64,000 bases of DNA, from positions 1,319,345 through 1,383,344 of the forward strand of contig CAVSAP010000006.1 of the NCBI GenBank assembly GCA_963726055.1. The letters are read 5' to 3'. Below are positions 18,597-29,373 of this stretch, piece after piece (position 1 is the first letter of the stretch; the number at the start of each line of letters is the position of its first letter). The stretch comes from an uncultured Chloroflexia bacterium. GTDB taxonomy: Bacteria; Chloroflexota; Limnocylindria; Limnocylindrales; CSP1-4. The notes under the pieces were generated by a model, which did not search any database, had not been told where the DNA came from, and was given only the letters and a program-made list of their open reading frames with translations. Made by a program: the position numbers and the translations under genes.

Positions 18597-20378
18597 TCAG
18601 TTCTGGATCAGGATGTTGTTGCCCGGGCCGCCGTCGAGAGCGTCCTGACCGGGGCCGCCGCGGAGGAAGTCGTCGCCCTCGCGGCCGAACAGGCTGTCGT
18701 CTCCGAAGCTCCCGACGAGGGCGTCGTTGTCTGCGCCGCCGTCCAGCGTCAGTGCGACCGAGGTCGACCTGAGTGGCGATGCGTTGACGACGTCGTTGCC
18801 GGCCAACGCGTTGATCGTCAGCTTGTCGTTGGCGGGCTCGGCGTTGGCGATGTTCACCTGCGCCGCGAGGCCGGCCACGCGCACGGTGCCGTCTCGGCCG
18901 GCGACCCTGATCAGCATCCTTGCCGTTGGTGCCGTTGACGATCACCTGGTCGGGCTGGCCGTCGCCGGCTGCGCCGCCCAGCGTTGCAGGCGAGGTCGGT
19001 CTTCACGAGCTGCACGTCGGTGCCGGTGAGGTCATTGACCGTGACCGTGTCGGCGCCGCCGAGAGCGCGGAAGTCGACCGTCTCCACGTCGTTCGTGTCC
19101 ATCGTGATGTTGGCGACGTCGCGGAAGAAGCGCAGCCGCTGGCCGTTGGCGGACACGTCGATGCGCTCGCTGGCGTTGGCGCCGTTGAACAGCATGGTGT
19201 CGCTGCCCGCCTGGCCCTTCGACGATGTCGCTGCCGTCGCCCGGATCCCAGACGAACGTGTCGTTGCCGGCGCCCATGAACGCCACGTCGTTGCCGCGCG
19301 TTGCCGTCGTTCGAGTCGTTACCGTCGCCGCCGAGCAGGAGCTCGATGCCCCTACCGCCGGCGAGCGTGTCGTTTCGTGCGCCGCCGTCCAGCGTCAGGT
19401 CGATCACACCGGCTGCAAGTGCCGCTGCCGAGATCCCGTCGTTGCCGCCGAGACCGCTGACGACGAGCTTGTCATTCGGCTCGTGGTGTCTGGATCGCCA
19501 CGACGGCTGTCAGGCCGGACACGGCGACACCTGAGGCGTCTCCGCTCACGTCGATCGTGTCGTTGCGGTTGGTTCCGTTGACGATCACGCGATCGATCTG
19601 GCCGTCGCCCGCACCGCCGGGGGTGCCTGCCAGGTCGGCGCTGACGTTCGTGACGTCGGTTCCGCTGAGGTCGTTGACGGTGACGAGGTCGGCGCCGCCG
19701 AGGGCGTTGAAGTCGACCCGCTCGACGCCGTTGGTGTCCATGGTGATGTTGCCGACGTCCCGGAAGAACCTGAGGCGGTTGCCGTTCGCGGACAGGTCGA
19801 TGCGCTCTGCGGCGTTGGCGCCGTTGAACAGCATCGTGTCGGTGCCGGACCGGCCCCGGATGGTGTCGCTGCCGTCGCCCGGATCCCAGACGAACGTGTC
19901 GTCGCCGGCGCCCATCAGCGCCAGGTCGTCGCCCCTGTTTCCGTCGATCGAGTCGTTTCCGAAACCGCCGAGCAGCAACTCCGCTCCGGAGCCTCCGGCG
20001 AGGTTGTCGTTTCCGTCCCCGCCGTCGAGCGTCGTCGGGATGCTGTCGGTGAAGGCGCCGTTGGCCTCGTCGATGCGCACGAAGTCGTCGCCGCCCCGGG
20101 CGTCGACGACGATCCGCTTGACGTGCTCGCGCCGGACCTGGAAGTCGGCGGAGCCGTCGTCACCGAGGTCGATCTGGAGGATGCCGGGCTGACCGGCCTT
20201 CAGGCGGAGCGCGATTCTCGTCGCTCGCGGCCGTGCCCTCGACCTTCAGGACACCGCGCCTGAGCTGCGGGTGATTCTGGGAGCGCGCGGCCTGGCTCTG
20301 CTCGGCCACGACGCCGGCCGTGCCGGCGACGATGGCGGCCACGGCTGCGAACTGTGTGATGCGCGTGCGGTTCTTCAT
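18597..20378 (-). pseudogene. secreted calcium-binding repeat protein (hemolysin-type GGxGxD nonapeptides), several frame breaks
   Basis: MKNRTRITQFAAVAAIVAGTAGV signal peptide (SD GAGGAG). Repeats include LDGGDGNDNLAGGSGAELLLGGFGNDSIDGNRGDD. The reading passes through ORFs 20160-, 19472-, 19003-/19032-, 18911- and 18597-. Confidence 0.7.
18800..20080 (-). repeat. internal tandem duplication (~640 nt, ~213 codons) inside the Ca-binding protein
   Basis: CCGTTGAACAGCAT(G/C)GTGTC occurs at 19181-19200 and 19821-19840. At protein level MLFNGANA(S/A)ERID(V/L)SANG(Q/N)RLRFFRDV(A/G)NITMDTN... is repeated. Confidence 0.75.
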
Positions 20379-20460
20379 GCGGATGCATCTCCTCTCGAAA
20401 TGAGCAGGTGGGCTTGTTGCTCCCAAGGACGCCGTTCGCCGCCGTCTATTCCCGGGCTCT

Positions 20461-20994
20461 ATGCTCAGTCGGATGCACCGGCCGACTCAGGCCACCTCGC
20501 CGATGGATCGCGCGCTCGACCCCGCCCGGCTCGGAGACCACCTGGATCGGCTCTATCGAGCCGCCTGGGCGCTCAGCGGCGCCCGCGAGGATGCCGAGGA
20601 TCTCGTCCAGGAGACGTACGCGAGAGTGCTCGCCCGGCCGCGCCTGCTCCGCAACGAGGACGACCTCGGCTACCTGCTGCGCGCGCTGCGCAACACGTTT
20701 CTGACGAAGAAGCGGACCGAGGGGCGGCGCCTGAGTCCCGGCCCGCTACCCGACCAGCTCGACCTCGTGGCCGATCCGCAGGCGCGCGAGCCGCACGCGG
20801 CGCTCGAGGCCGGCGAGCTCTACGCCGCGATCGCCGCGCTCCCCGACGACTTCCGCGACGTCCTCGTCGCCGTCGACATCACCGGCCTCTCCTACAAGGA
20901 GGCAGCCAAAGCCCTGAAGGTCCGTGAGGGCACGGTGATGAGCCGTCTCTACCGCGCCCGCCAGCAGGTGGTGCGCCGCGTCGACGGCGGCTAG
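20461..20994 (+). CDS. ECF-type RNA polymerase sigma-70 family factor
   Basis: Region 2 DAEDLVQETYARV; region 4 LSYKEAAKALKVREGTVMSRLYRAR. The start is uncertain (ATG 20461, 20473 or 20503). Confidence 0.8.
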   Translation: MLSRMHRPTQATSPMDRALDPARLGDHLDRLYRAAWALSGAREDAEDLVQETYARVLARPRLLRNEDDLGYLLRALRNTFLTKKRTEGRRLSPGPLPDQLDLVADPQAREPHAALEAGELYAAIAALPDDFRDVLVAVDITGLSYKEAAKALKVREGTVMSRLYRARQQVVRRVDGG

Positions 20995-21695
20995 CTCAGC
21001 CGTCCGTATCGACGGTTCCGACGAGCACCCTCTCGCCTGACGAGGCCTGCTCGCTCGTCGGCCTGCTCGCGGGTGACGGTCAGGGTCGTGAAGTCTTTCG
21101 GCGACACACCCGCCCACAACGTGACGTCGCGGCCCTCGTTGAACGTCCCGATCGGCACGAGCACACCTGCGGCGTTCCGGAGCCACGCCTGGTAGAAGCG
21201 CCCGCCCTCGAGGCGGGGAAGCCCGGTGGCGTCGAGCTCGATCTTCCAGCCGGAATCCGTCTTGGTGAGCGTCGCCTCGCCCGTTGCCCCGGGCACCACG
21301 TCGGTCGGTGCAAGGGCAGCATGGAACTGCTCGCCGGACGTCTCTGAACCCAGGGAGCTGACCCCGACTGCGACGGCCAGCACTGCCGCCGCGGCTGCGC
21401 CGACCAGAGCGAGGCGGCGCTGCATCGGCATGCGACGCGCGCGTTGCGGCGCCTCGATGCGAGCCCGCAAGGACGCCGGGGCCTCGACCTCGGCTGCGGC
21501 GGACCGCGCCAGGTCGACAGCCCGCTGTTGCTCGGCGAGCCGGTCGGCGAGCTCCGGAGACGCAGCGACTCGTGCCTCCAGGGCGGCGCGACGCTCCGGT
21601 GCCAGCGATCCGTCTGCGAGCGCCGCGAGTTCGACGATCTCCTGATCGGCGTCGTGGTCTTGGCGTCGGCGTCTCACGGACACGGCGACACACAC
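20991..21695 (-). CDS. anti-sigma factor (RskA-like C-terminal domain)
   Basis: The layout is an N-terminal sigma-binding region, then one TM segment (LALVGAAAAAVLAVAVGV), then an extracytoplasmic domain (YQAWL...GTF). A frame change is possible in the last ~25 codons. The 3' end overlaps the sigma gene. Confidence 0.6.
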   Translation of the reverse strand: MCVAVSVRRRRQDHDADQEIVELAALADGSLAPERRAALEARVAASPELADRLAEQQRAVDLARSAAAEVEAPASLRARIEAPQRARRMPMQRRLALVGAAAAAVLAVAVGVSSLGSETSGEQFHAALAPTDVVPGATGEATLTKTDSGWKIELDATGLPRLEGGRFYQAWLRNAAGVLVPIGTFNEGRDVTLWAGVSPKDFTTLTVTREQADERAGLVRREGARRNRRYGRLS

Positions 21696-21803
21696 GGTAA
21701 CGCGCCGCTGCGCATGCGAGGTGAATCCACAGAAATGGCCCAGGAACTGGTCACATCCGGGAGGACCCCTTCTGGCCCCAGTTATTCCCCCGCGGGGTGG
21801 TGT

Positions 21804-22250
21804 CTAGCCGGACGCGATCTGCCCCCGGATCTCGCCGGCGCCGTTCGCCGTCGTGTGGAGGTTGACGTACGTTGCGCCGCCCAGGATCTTCTTGATCACG
21901 GCCGCCGATGCCGTCGACGTGCCGGTCTGCCCCGACTTGCACGGCCCGCACAGGCTGACGGCAGGCGCCGGGTTCGCTCTTCCTGCAAGCGCGGAATGGA
22001 TGTGGGCTGCTCCGACGGCGCCCGTCATCCCCTTGAACGTCAGCTTCCACCTGATCGACGTGCCGGTCACGGTGCCGGTGAAGGTGCCGGTGCCGCGTGC
22101 GCCCTTGGGCGCCGGAATCGACTGGTTGACCGTCAGGAACGCCGTCAGCTTCGTCGCGCTCGCTGCGCGCGGCGCCTCGGACGAGGCGAGCGCCGAGGCA
22201 GTCGCCACGGCCGCCAGCATCGCGAACAGGATGAAGGTTCCTCGTTTCAT
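21804..22250 (-). CDS. secreted CHRD-domain protein
   Basis: MKRGTFILFAMLAAVATASA signal peptide. AHIHSA and YVNLHT are CHRD hallmarks. Confidence 0.65.
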   Translation of the reverse strand: MKRGTFILFAMLAAVATASALASSEAPRAASATKLTAFLTVNQSIPAPKGARGTGTFTGTVTGTSIRWKLTFKGMTGAVGAAHIHSALAGRANPAPAVSLCGPCKSGQTGTSTASAAVIKKILGGATYVNLHTTANGAGEIRGQIASG

Positions 22251-22340
22251 CGTCTCCCCCTTTGTCGATCGCGGGCACACCCCGCGAGCCGTCACCTGGA
22301 ATTCGCCGGTTCGCGGCGAACGGTTTGACTGGAGGTTCCG

Positions 22341-23225
22341 TTACGGGCCCGCGGTCACCCAGATGGGCTGGATGCCGGCTGTGATCCTTCGAGCCGGGCC
22401 GCCCGCGGCAGGGACGACAAACAGCGACCGCCCTCGCGTGAAGACGATGTTCTTGCCGTCCGGAGACCACGACGGCTGGGAGTCGCGGCCATGAGTCAAC
22501 GACCGCACGCGGGCACCGGTGGCGGCGCTGTAGATGGCGATCTGGCCGGCGAACGCCTTCAGGGGAGCACGGGCGACGGCGATGTACCGACCGTCAGGAG
22601 AGGCGGCAGGCCCCCACAGGTCGTGATCCGGATCGACTGCCAGCGGTCGCGCGCACTCGTGGCTCGAGTTGGTTGCAAGCAGGCAGATCCCCTGCTCGAA
22701 CGGCTCGGCCCGCGCTGTCTCGTCGCGCATCAGGCGATTGCCGCGCCAACCGGAGGTCGCGGTGCTTCGCGCGACAACGTCCCGCCCGGTGCCGGAGACA
22801 CCCGTGAGGTAGAGAAACGGCGTCAGAACCTGAATCGGTGGCTGCGGCGGGGGCTGCGCGATGAGCTCGGGAACTTGCTCGATCGTCGCGAGCTGACGGC
22901 CGTCGGGTCGGATCAGGGCGACGAGCACGGGGCCGTTCTTCCGAAACGGGCCTTTCACCCGCCGGCCCGAGCGGTCGAGGACGTAAGCCTCGTTGCCGAA
23001 CACGACGCCCAGCCGTGACCCGTCTTTCGAGGCGGACAGCCAGCCGTAGCTCGGGCCGGGGCTGCGGCCGTTCTTCGTGAGCTGCGTCCGCCCCGAGCCG
23101 TCAGGCGCCACGCGGCAGATGTTGTCGCCGCAACGGAAGACGATCGAGCCTGGGCCGGGGGTAGCGGCGCCCCCGCTCCCGGCGAGTGCTCCTGCGGCGA
23201 GGATGCAGAGCAGACGAGCCACCAT
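22341..23225 (-). CDS. secreted TolB-like beta-propeller (PD40 repeat) protein
   Basis: Signal peptide followed by repeated SPDG / PSWSPDGK motifs. Confidence 0.6.
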   Translation of the reverse strand: MVARLLCILAAGALAGSGGAATPGPGSIVFRCGDNICRVAPDGSGRTQLTKNGRSPGPSYGWLSASKDGSRLGVVFGNEAYVLDRSGRRVKGPFRKNGPVLVALIRPDGRQLATIEQVPELIAQPPPQPPIQVLTPFLYLTGVSGTGRDVVARSTATSGWRGNRLMRDETARAEPFEQGICLLATNSSHECARPLAVDPDHDLWGPAASPDGRYIAVARAPLKAFAGQIAIYSAATGARVRSLTHGRDSQPSWSPDGKNIVFTRGRSLFVVPAAGGPARRITAGIQPIWVTAGP

Positions 23226-23318
23226 CCCAATCTACGCACCAAGTGGGGCATCTGGATCAGAGATTTCCTAAGGTGCCGACGTGTTGAGTCCCGTTCTCGG
23301 AGGAGAGGTGAGGTCACA

Positions 23319-26145
23319 ATGATTCTGCTGGGGTTTAGGCGAGCGCTGCTCGCCCTTGCAATCCTTGCGCTGGCGGTCACCGGCAGCGCAGCAGCGGCAG
23401 ACGACGACGGCAGAGGGATCGACCCCAACCAGGGCCGCAGCCTCGTCGAGGTCACGTTGCCGAACAAGGCGGCGGCGATCCGGCTGCAGCTCGCGGACGA
23501 CTCGTACGGCATCGACTTCAACGACCACTATCTGCGCAGAACCCGGACGGGTCGGTCACGGTCACCGTCTTCGGCACCGCCGAGGAGCTCGCCGAGTTCG
23601 ACGCCGCGGGCTTCGACCTCGGCACGACGATCGAAGGGCCCGGAGACGTGGCGTGACCGGCTCGCCGACCGGCAAGCCGATGTGCAGGCGGAAGAGACAG
23701 GCCGACGCGGCCGCGCTCGGGGAGACGGTCGGGATCGCGTCGCACGAGGACGAGATCGTCGTCCTCCGCGTCGACTACTTCGAGAACTACGCCGGCCGCT
23801 TCCTCTCGGTCGAGGCCAAGGACCGCCTCGGCGGCGCGACGCCGACGGGCTCGACGTACGTCGGCCCGAGCGCTCTCGCTCTCCTGGAACACCGGGCGGG
23901 CACGCCGATCAGCTCGACGCCGCGGGTGATGAACGTCAACATCGACCCGGACACGACTCCGGACACCTACATCGAGCACCGCGAGCTCGTCCGCATCGGC
24001 GACGCCGGCACTCGGTCTGCCGCCGCGGCCGACGATGATCCGGATCGGCTCGAGCACCGGAGCGTCCATCGAGGCTCCCGTGCAGGTCTGGCTCGGCGGC
24101 GGCCTGCCGCCGATGAAGAAGAAGTTCATGTCCGACTTCACGACGCGTTACATGGACCCGACCGAGGTCTACGACGCGCTTCGACGAGCTCGCGGCGGAG
24201 TTCCCGAACCTCGCCGAGATGATCACGCTGCCGAACAAGACGAACGGCTACCAGCGGCGGGCGCAGGCGCTGATGGCCGGCCTGACGAGCCCGACGGCCA
24301 CCGGGAACCTCGGGACCACCACTGCGACGCAGGCGGTCATCCTCACGTCGAGGGCCTGGGGCCACGAGGGCGGGAACGACCTCACGGCCGAGTTCGTCGA
24401 CCCGGGCATCGCCGACTCGCCGCTCTCGGTGACGCTGACAGGCAACGACCTTCGTGTCAGCCTCGCCACCGACTCGGCGGGCGCGCTCACCAGCACCGCC
24501 GCCCAGGTGGCGGCGGCGATCAACGCGCACCCCGGTGCGGCCGCGAAGCTCGTCGCCCAGACCTACCGCGGGAACGCGGGCGCGGGGATCACGCAGCCGC
24601 GGACGAAGGGCAACCTGTCCGACTTCCTCACCACCGCCGCGAACGCCCACGTCCCGCGCGGGCCGTTCGAGTACTCGGTGATGCGGATCGGCAAGCAGCG
24701 GGACGGCTCCAAGGTCGGCGTGTTCCTCTACTGCCAGCAGCACGCCCGCGAGTGGGCGACGCCGCTGACCTGCCTCGAGACGGCCGAGCAGCTGCTGCGC
24801 AACTACGCGATCGACGGAAGGACGCGGAAGCTCGTCGACAACCTCGACATCTTCATCCTCCCGTCGTCGAACCCGGACGGGGCGCACTACTCGATGTACA
24901 ACTTCAACTCCCAGCGGAAAACCATGACCAACTGGTGCATGATCGGCGGGCTCGAGACCGACGACCCGAACGCGCCCAACTTCTGGACGCCGCGGCCGAA
25001 CGCGCTGCCCGGTGGCAGCGCCCAGCCGTTCAACGACTCGGCGGCCCGCAACGCCTGGGGCACCGACATGAACCGGAACAACACGTTCGGGACCCTGATC
25101 GACGGCTACATCGGCGCCTCGACGTCGTGCGTCAGCGAAGTGTTCGCCGGCCCGTCCGAGGCCTCCGAGCCGGAGATCCGGAACGAGTTCTGGATCGCGG
25201 ACACGTTCGACAACATCAAGTTCTCGAACAACATCCACAGCTTCGGCGGCTACTTCATGTGGGCGCCGGGCACGTACCTGCCGGACCGCGGCGAGGGTGC
25301 GGCGGTGCACGCGAACATCGGCGTCGAGAAGTACTTCTTCGAGGCCGGCGACCAGATCCTGAACCGGATCAAGGAGGTCCGGGGCACGGCGATCCTGCCG
25401 GAGCGGACCGGTCCGATCGCGGACGTCCTCTACTCGGCGGCGGGGAACAGCGCCGACGAGCACTGGTACAACCGCGGCGTGATCGCGTACAGCTTCGAGA
25501 CCGGTGCCGACCGGTACGTCAATCCGACGCTGTCGGTCGCTTCGGCGGCGGGAGCGACGGGGATCCGGGTGAGCAACAGGAACGGCTTCGACATCGGCGA
25601 CGTCGTGAAGGTCGACGCCGGCACCGCGAACGAGGAGACCCGGACGGTCGCCTCGGTCGTGAACCCGAACCCGGCCAGTCCGGCCCCGAACGTGATCCTC
25701 ACCGAGGCTCTCGCTCTGGCGCACCCGGTCGGGGCGGTGGTTGCCGGCGGAGCGCTGCAGTCCGGCGTCGGCTTCCAGCCCGACTACGACGACGGAGGGC
25801 AAGTTCGAGGCGCTCGAGTTCGCGGCCGGCAACTACGGCCTGCTCGAGTCCGCGCTCGAGTACGCCCAGGACAACAAGCCGCCCAAGGTGGAGATGACCG
25901 GGCCGCCCACGTCGCGCACGCCGATCACGACGACGTTCCGGTACGTGAACGAGCCGTCCGTGATCCGCTACACGACCGACGGCTCGGAGCCCACCTCGTC
26001 GTCGACGCTGTGGGATTCGACCGGGCCGCGTGAGCCGGGCGAGGTCTTCCACGTCACGACGACCACCACCTTCAGGTGGATGGCGACGGACATGAAGGGC
26101 AACGTCTCCAAGGGGAAGATGAAGCACACGATCCTCGGTAGCTAG
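23319..26145 (+). pseudogene. secreted M14 zinc carboxypeptidase with C-terminal accessory domain, about 5 frame breaks
   Basis: Signal peptide. QQHAREW, SSNPDG and WGTDMNRN are M14 motifs. The reading passes through ORFs 23319-, 23356-, 24035-, 24219- and 25741-, with breaks near 23540, 23650, 24040, 24185 and 25795. Confidence 0.75.
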
Positions 26146-26154
26146 ACGGCATCG

Positions 26155-26188
26155 CTGTGAGCGGCCCGCATCGCCGGGCCGCTCACAG
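26155..26188 (+). terminator. perfect 14-bp GC hairpin after the carboxypeptidase
   Basis: CTGTGAGCGGCCCG-CATCGC-CGGGCCGCTCACAG begins 10 nt after the stop. No U-tract. Confidence 0.5.
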
Positions 26189-26208
26189 CACCGCCGTAGG
26201 ATGGGCTG

Positions 26209-27387
26209 GTGAAGCGACGGCTCGTCCTCGTCCTCTTACTCGGGTGCGCGGGCGCCGTCGCGCTGGCGTTCCTCGTGCTCCGCGCGAGGCGACGAACCGG
26301 CCGAGCCTCCGGTCGCGGTCGAGCTCGAGGCCTGCCGGAACCTCCTCCCCGATGCCTCGCGCGACTGCTGGACGCGGGAGTTCCAGGCTGCGGTCGAAGG
26401 CCGGGACGACCCGCAGACCTACGGTGGCTGCGATCACGATTGCCGCCACGAACGAGGGAGGCTTCCTCCTCTCGAGCTGCCACGGCTTGATGCACACCGT
26501 CGGCCGCACCTACGCGCGGGAGGCCGGAGTGACGCTCGCGAACCTGAAGGACTACCTGCCGCGGAGCAACGACCCGGGTTGCAGCGCCGGCTTCGCGCAC
26601 GGACTGGTCACCGGTGTCGGTGCGCAGATCGATCCGCGGCGTCCGGGCGAGGCGGCAGCCGTCTGCACGCAGGCCGGCACGCGCTATCAGCGCTACAGCT
26701 GCGTGCACGGGCTCGGCCACGCGTTCATGCGGATCTACGACGATCGGCTCGCACCGGCGCTCGACCTCTGCGGCGCCCTCGGACCGCGCGTGGCGCCGGA
26801 TTGCGCGCAGGGCGCCTATCACGACTACTGGTTCGCGGTCGTCGGCGCCGACGAGGCGAGCCTGCCGGACGGAGCGGTCACCGACCCACGCCGGCTCTGC
26901 GGCGCCCAGCCGACCGAGTTCGTGCGGCCGTGCTGGTACCGCGCCTTCGTCGACAACCGGCCGGAGGGCATCGTGGTCGACTCGCCGGAGCACCTCGACG
27001 TGCTCTGCGAAGGGCTCGACGGCCTCCAGCGCGAAGCCTGCGTGACCGGCGCGGCGGTGATCGGCCCGGCGGACCCGGCCGTTCAGCTCGAGCTCTGCGC
27101 CGGTCTCGAGCGATCCAGCCGATGCGGCCGGGTGCATCCGCGGCACGAAGACGCAGAACCTGCTCGGCCGTCCGGTGTCCGACTTCGTCCGGCTGATCGG
27201 CCGCTGTGAGCTCTTCGCCGGCGCGACCCGCGCCGGGTGCTACCGCTGGCTGGGAAAGGCGATCGCCGTGCTCACCGACGGCGCGTTCGAGCAGACCGGG
27301 TGCCCGAAGCTTGCGGAAGCCGACGCGCGGCGCAACTGCCGCGCCGGCGCGCGCACGATGGAGGACGCGCTCGTCACGTTCAGCTGA
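26209..27387 (+). pseudogene. Cys/His-rich membrane-anchored hypothetical protein, about 3 frame breaks
   Basis: N-terminal TM segment VKRRLVLVLLLGCAGAVALAFLV, then repeated C.HG.(G)H motifs (SSCHGLMHTVGR, SCVHGLGHAFMR). It ends in ORF 27175-27387. Confidence 0.45.
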
Positions 27388-27562
27388 CGGCGGGTCGTCG
27401 AACGGCAACCGCCAGGGGCATTCTCGGACGCTGGCCCAGAGCAGCGCTCTCCCCTCGCGGTTCGAGCGAGGCTGCCGCCGTCGGACCTGTCTCGATCGCG
27501 GGAATACGCGGCCCCTCCGCGGTGTCCTAGGGGGCATGGACATCAACGAAAGGGAGGGAGTC

Positions 27563-27805
27563 ATGACCGGCAAGAGCCAGCAGAACGAGCCGGAGCTTCG
27601 CGCAGCGAGGCCCATCATGTTCCGCGTACTCACCATCTTCGCCGCGATCGTCGCACTCGCCGTCTCGGCGGCACCCGCGTCTGCAGGGCTGTTGTCCTCG
27701 CCGCTCGGGGTGTCGGGGGCTACGGGAACTCGGTCGGGTGGCGAGGTCATTTCGGGCTTCATCATGAGTGACGGCCGGATCTGCAACCCCCGCTGGGGCT
27801 GCTGA
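27563..27805 (+). CDS. small secreted peptide precursor (80 aa) with C-terminal CNPRWGC
   Basis: SD AGGGAGGGAG lies before ATG 27563. The sequence is MTGKSQQNEPELRAARPIMFRVLTIFAAIVALAVSAAPASA followed by GLLSSPLGVSGATGTRSGGEVISGFIMSDGRICNPRWGC. Confidence 0.5.
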   Translation: MTGKSQQNEPELRAARPIMFRVLTIFAAIVALAVSAAPASAGLLSSPLGVSGATGTRSGGEVISGFIMSDGRICNPRWGC

Positions 27806-27920
27806 GGCCGCTCGCCCCGCTCGGCTCCGGTCGGGCGGGGCGTCTGCTCGAAGCCGCCGATCGCCACTCGCCGGGGGTGCGGATTGCAAATGCCCACGTG
27901 CAGGGGTTTACTCTCCGGCT

Positions 27921-28295
27921 ATGTTCGGCGTGCTGACACGGGCCAAGGCGGTAAAGAAGCGCACGCTGTCCCTCGCGCGGCTGAACGTCGAGCTTGCCAA
28001 GCTCGAGGGGAAACAGAAAGCGACGGCGATCGGGACAGGCGCAGGCCTCGGGGCCGGCGCGGCGGTTCTGCTCGTCTACGCAATCGGCTTCGCCTTCGCC
28101 GCACTCGCGGCGGGACTCAGCGAGGCCATCTCGCTCTGGCTGTCGCTGCTGATCGTGGCGGGAATCTTGTTCCTCGCCGCAGCAATCGCCGCATTCCTGG
28201 CGGTGCGCTTCGTTCGCAAGGCGTCGCCGCCGACGCCCGCGCAGGCACTCGAGGAGGCCGCCCGGACGCTGGAGACGTTCGAGGGCCGTGTCTGA
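27921..28295 (+). CDS. phage-holin-family (actinobacterial Holin-X-like) membrane protein
   Basis: An amphipathic N-terminus plus two TM segments (AVLLVYAIGFAFAALAAGL; LSLLIVAGILFLAAAIAAFLAV). Confidence 0.6.
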   Translation: MFGVLTRAKAVKKRTLSLARLNVELAKLEGKQKATAIGTGAGLGAGAAVLLVYAIGFAFAALAAGLSEAISLWLSLLIVAGILFLAAAIAAFLAVRFVRKASPPTPAQALEEAARTLETFEGRV

Positions 28296-28488
28296 CAAGC
28301 CCGACATTGCGGAGATCCGGAAAGAGATCGCCGCCGAGCGGCAGCGTCTCGATGACGATCTCAACGCGCTGCAAGCCGAGGTCCGCTCGCTCGTGCCGTT
28401 GGCCGCCGCCGGTCTCGCAGTTGTGGCGCTCGTGACGTTTCGCAAGAGCGCGAGTGCAGGGCTCCGGATGATGTGGAGGCTCATCTAG
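28288..28488 (+). CDS. DUF3618-like small membrane protein
   Basis: It overlaps the holin-family gene by 8 nt. SDKPDIAEIRKEIAAERQRLDDDLNALQAEV is followed by a C-terminal TM segment. Confidence 0.5.
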   Translation: MSDKPDIAEIRKEIAAERQRLDDDLNALQAEVRSLVPLAAAGLAVVALVTFRKSASAGLRMMWRLI

Positions 28489-28507
28489 ACCGGGCCAGGC
28501 CGAAGTC

Positions 28508-29373
28508 TTGTCTCTCACCCTCGCGACTTGCCCCCTAGTTGTGCGAGAGCGTTATCGTCAGCGCGTGATCCCGAGACCTCGTCCCAGTACGGATGGTGTG
28601 GCGTCGAGCGCAGATGGAACACGAATCGCCTGGTACGGTACGGCGGTGGCGAGCGGTCAATTCTGTTCGTGCCTACATGGAACATCGTCGATGCGCGCGT
28701 TGTCGGGCACCAGGTCGCCGCCCTCGAGTCGCACGCCACGGTCGTCACCTACGACCCGCGAGGGGCCGGCGCCAGTGACCGGCCGAAGCACGGCTACGAC
28801 TTTCCACTCCACGCAGCCGACGCGCTTGCGGTACTTGACGCCACGGGGATCGAGCAGGCGGCGCTCGTTACTGCGTCCAGGGGAGTGAACGCGGCGGTGC
28901 TGCTGGGCACCGACGACCCGGAGCGATTCGACCGCCTTGTCGTGGTCGCGCCGTACATGAGGCTCGAGGCCGAGCCGGCGCCTCCCAATCCCGAGTGGCT
29001 CGAGTCGCTACGAACCGACTGGCCTGGGTTCATGGTGCCGTTCATGCACAACGTCTTTACGGAGCCGGACTCGACCGATGTGATCGCCGAGATGATTGCG
29101 ATCGGCCTCGAGGCGACGCCGGAGGTCGTCGTCACCCAGGAGCTCGAGCTCGACTGGCGACCGACTGCTGGTCTGCTCGGGACGGTCGCCTGCCCGACGC
29201 TCGTCGTCCACGGCGAAGCCGACGCCCCGGTCCCGATCGAGCTCGCCGAGAGGATCGTGGCCGCGATGCCGAACGCCCGGCTCGAGCGGATTCCCGACGG
29301 GGGACACCGGCCCGATATCCGCAACCCGGAGCTCGTCAACCCGCTCCTGCTGGATTTCCTCCTCGACCTCTAG
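28508..29373 (+). pseudogene. alpha/beta hydrolase, one frame break near the N-terminus
   Basis: ORF 28508- (DGTRIAWY) continues in ORF 28528- (GGGERSILFVP..., VVHGEADAPVP, DGGHRP). The break is near 28635. Confidence 0.7.

Noticed and set aside
18597-20378. A classical RTX toxin secreted by a type I system.
   Set aside because: It has an N-terminal Sec-type signal peptide, and the window holds no ABC exporter, MFP, TolC-like or acyltransferase genes. Only the GGxGxD repeats are shared.
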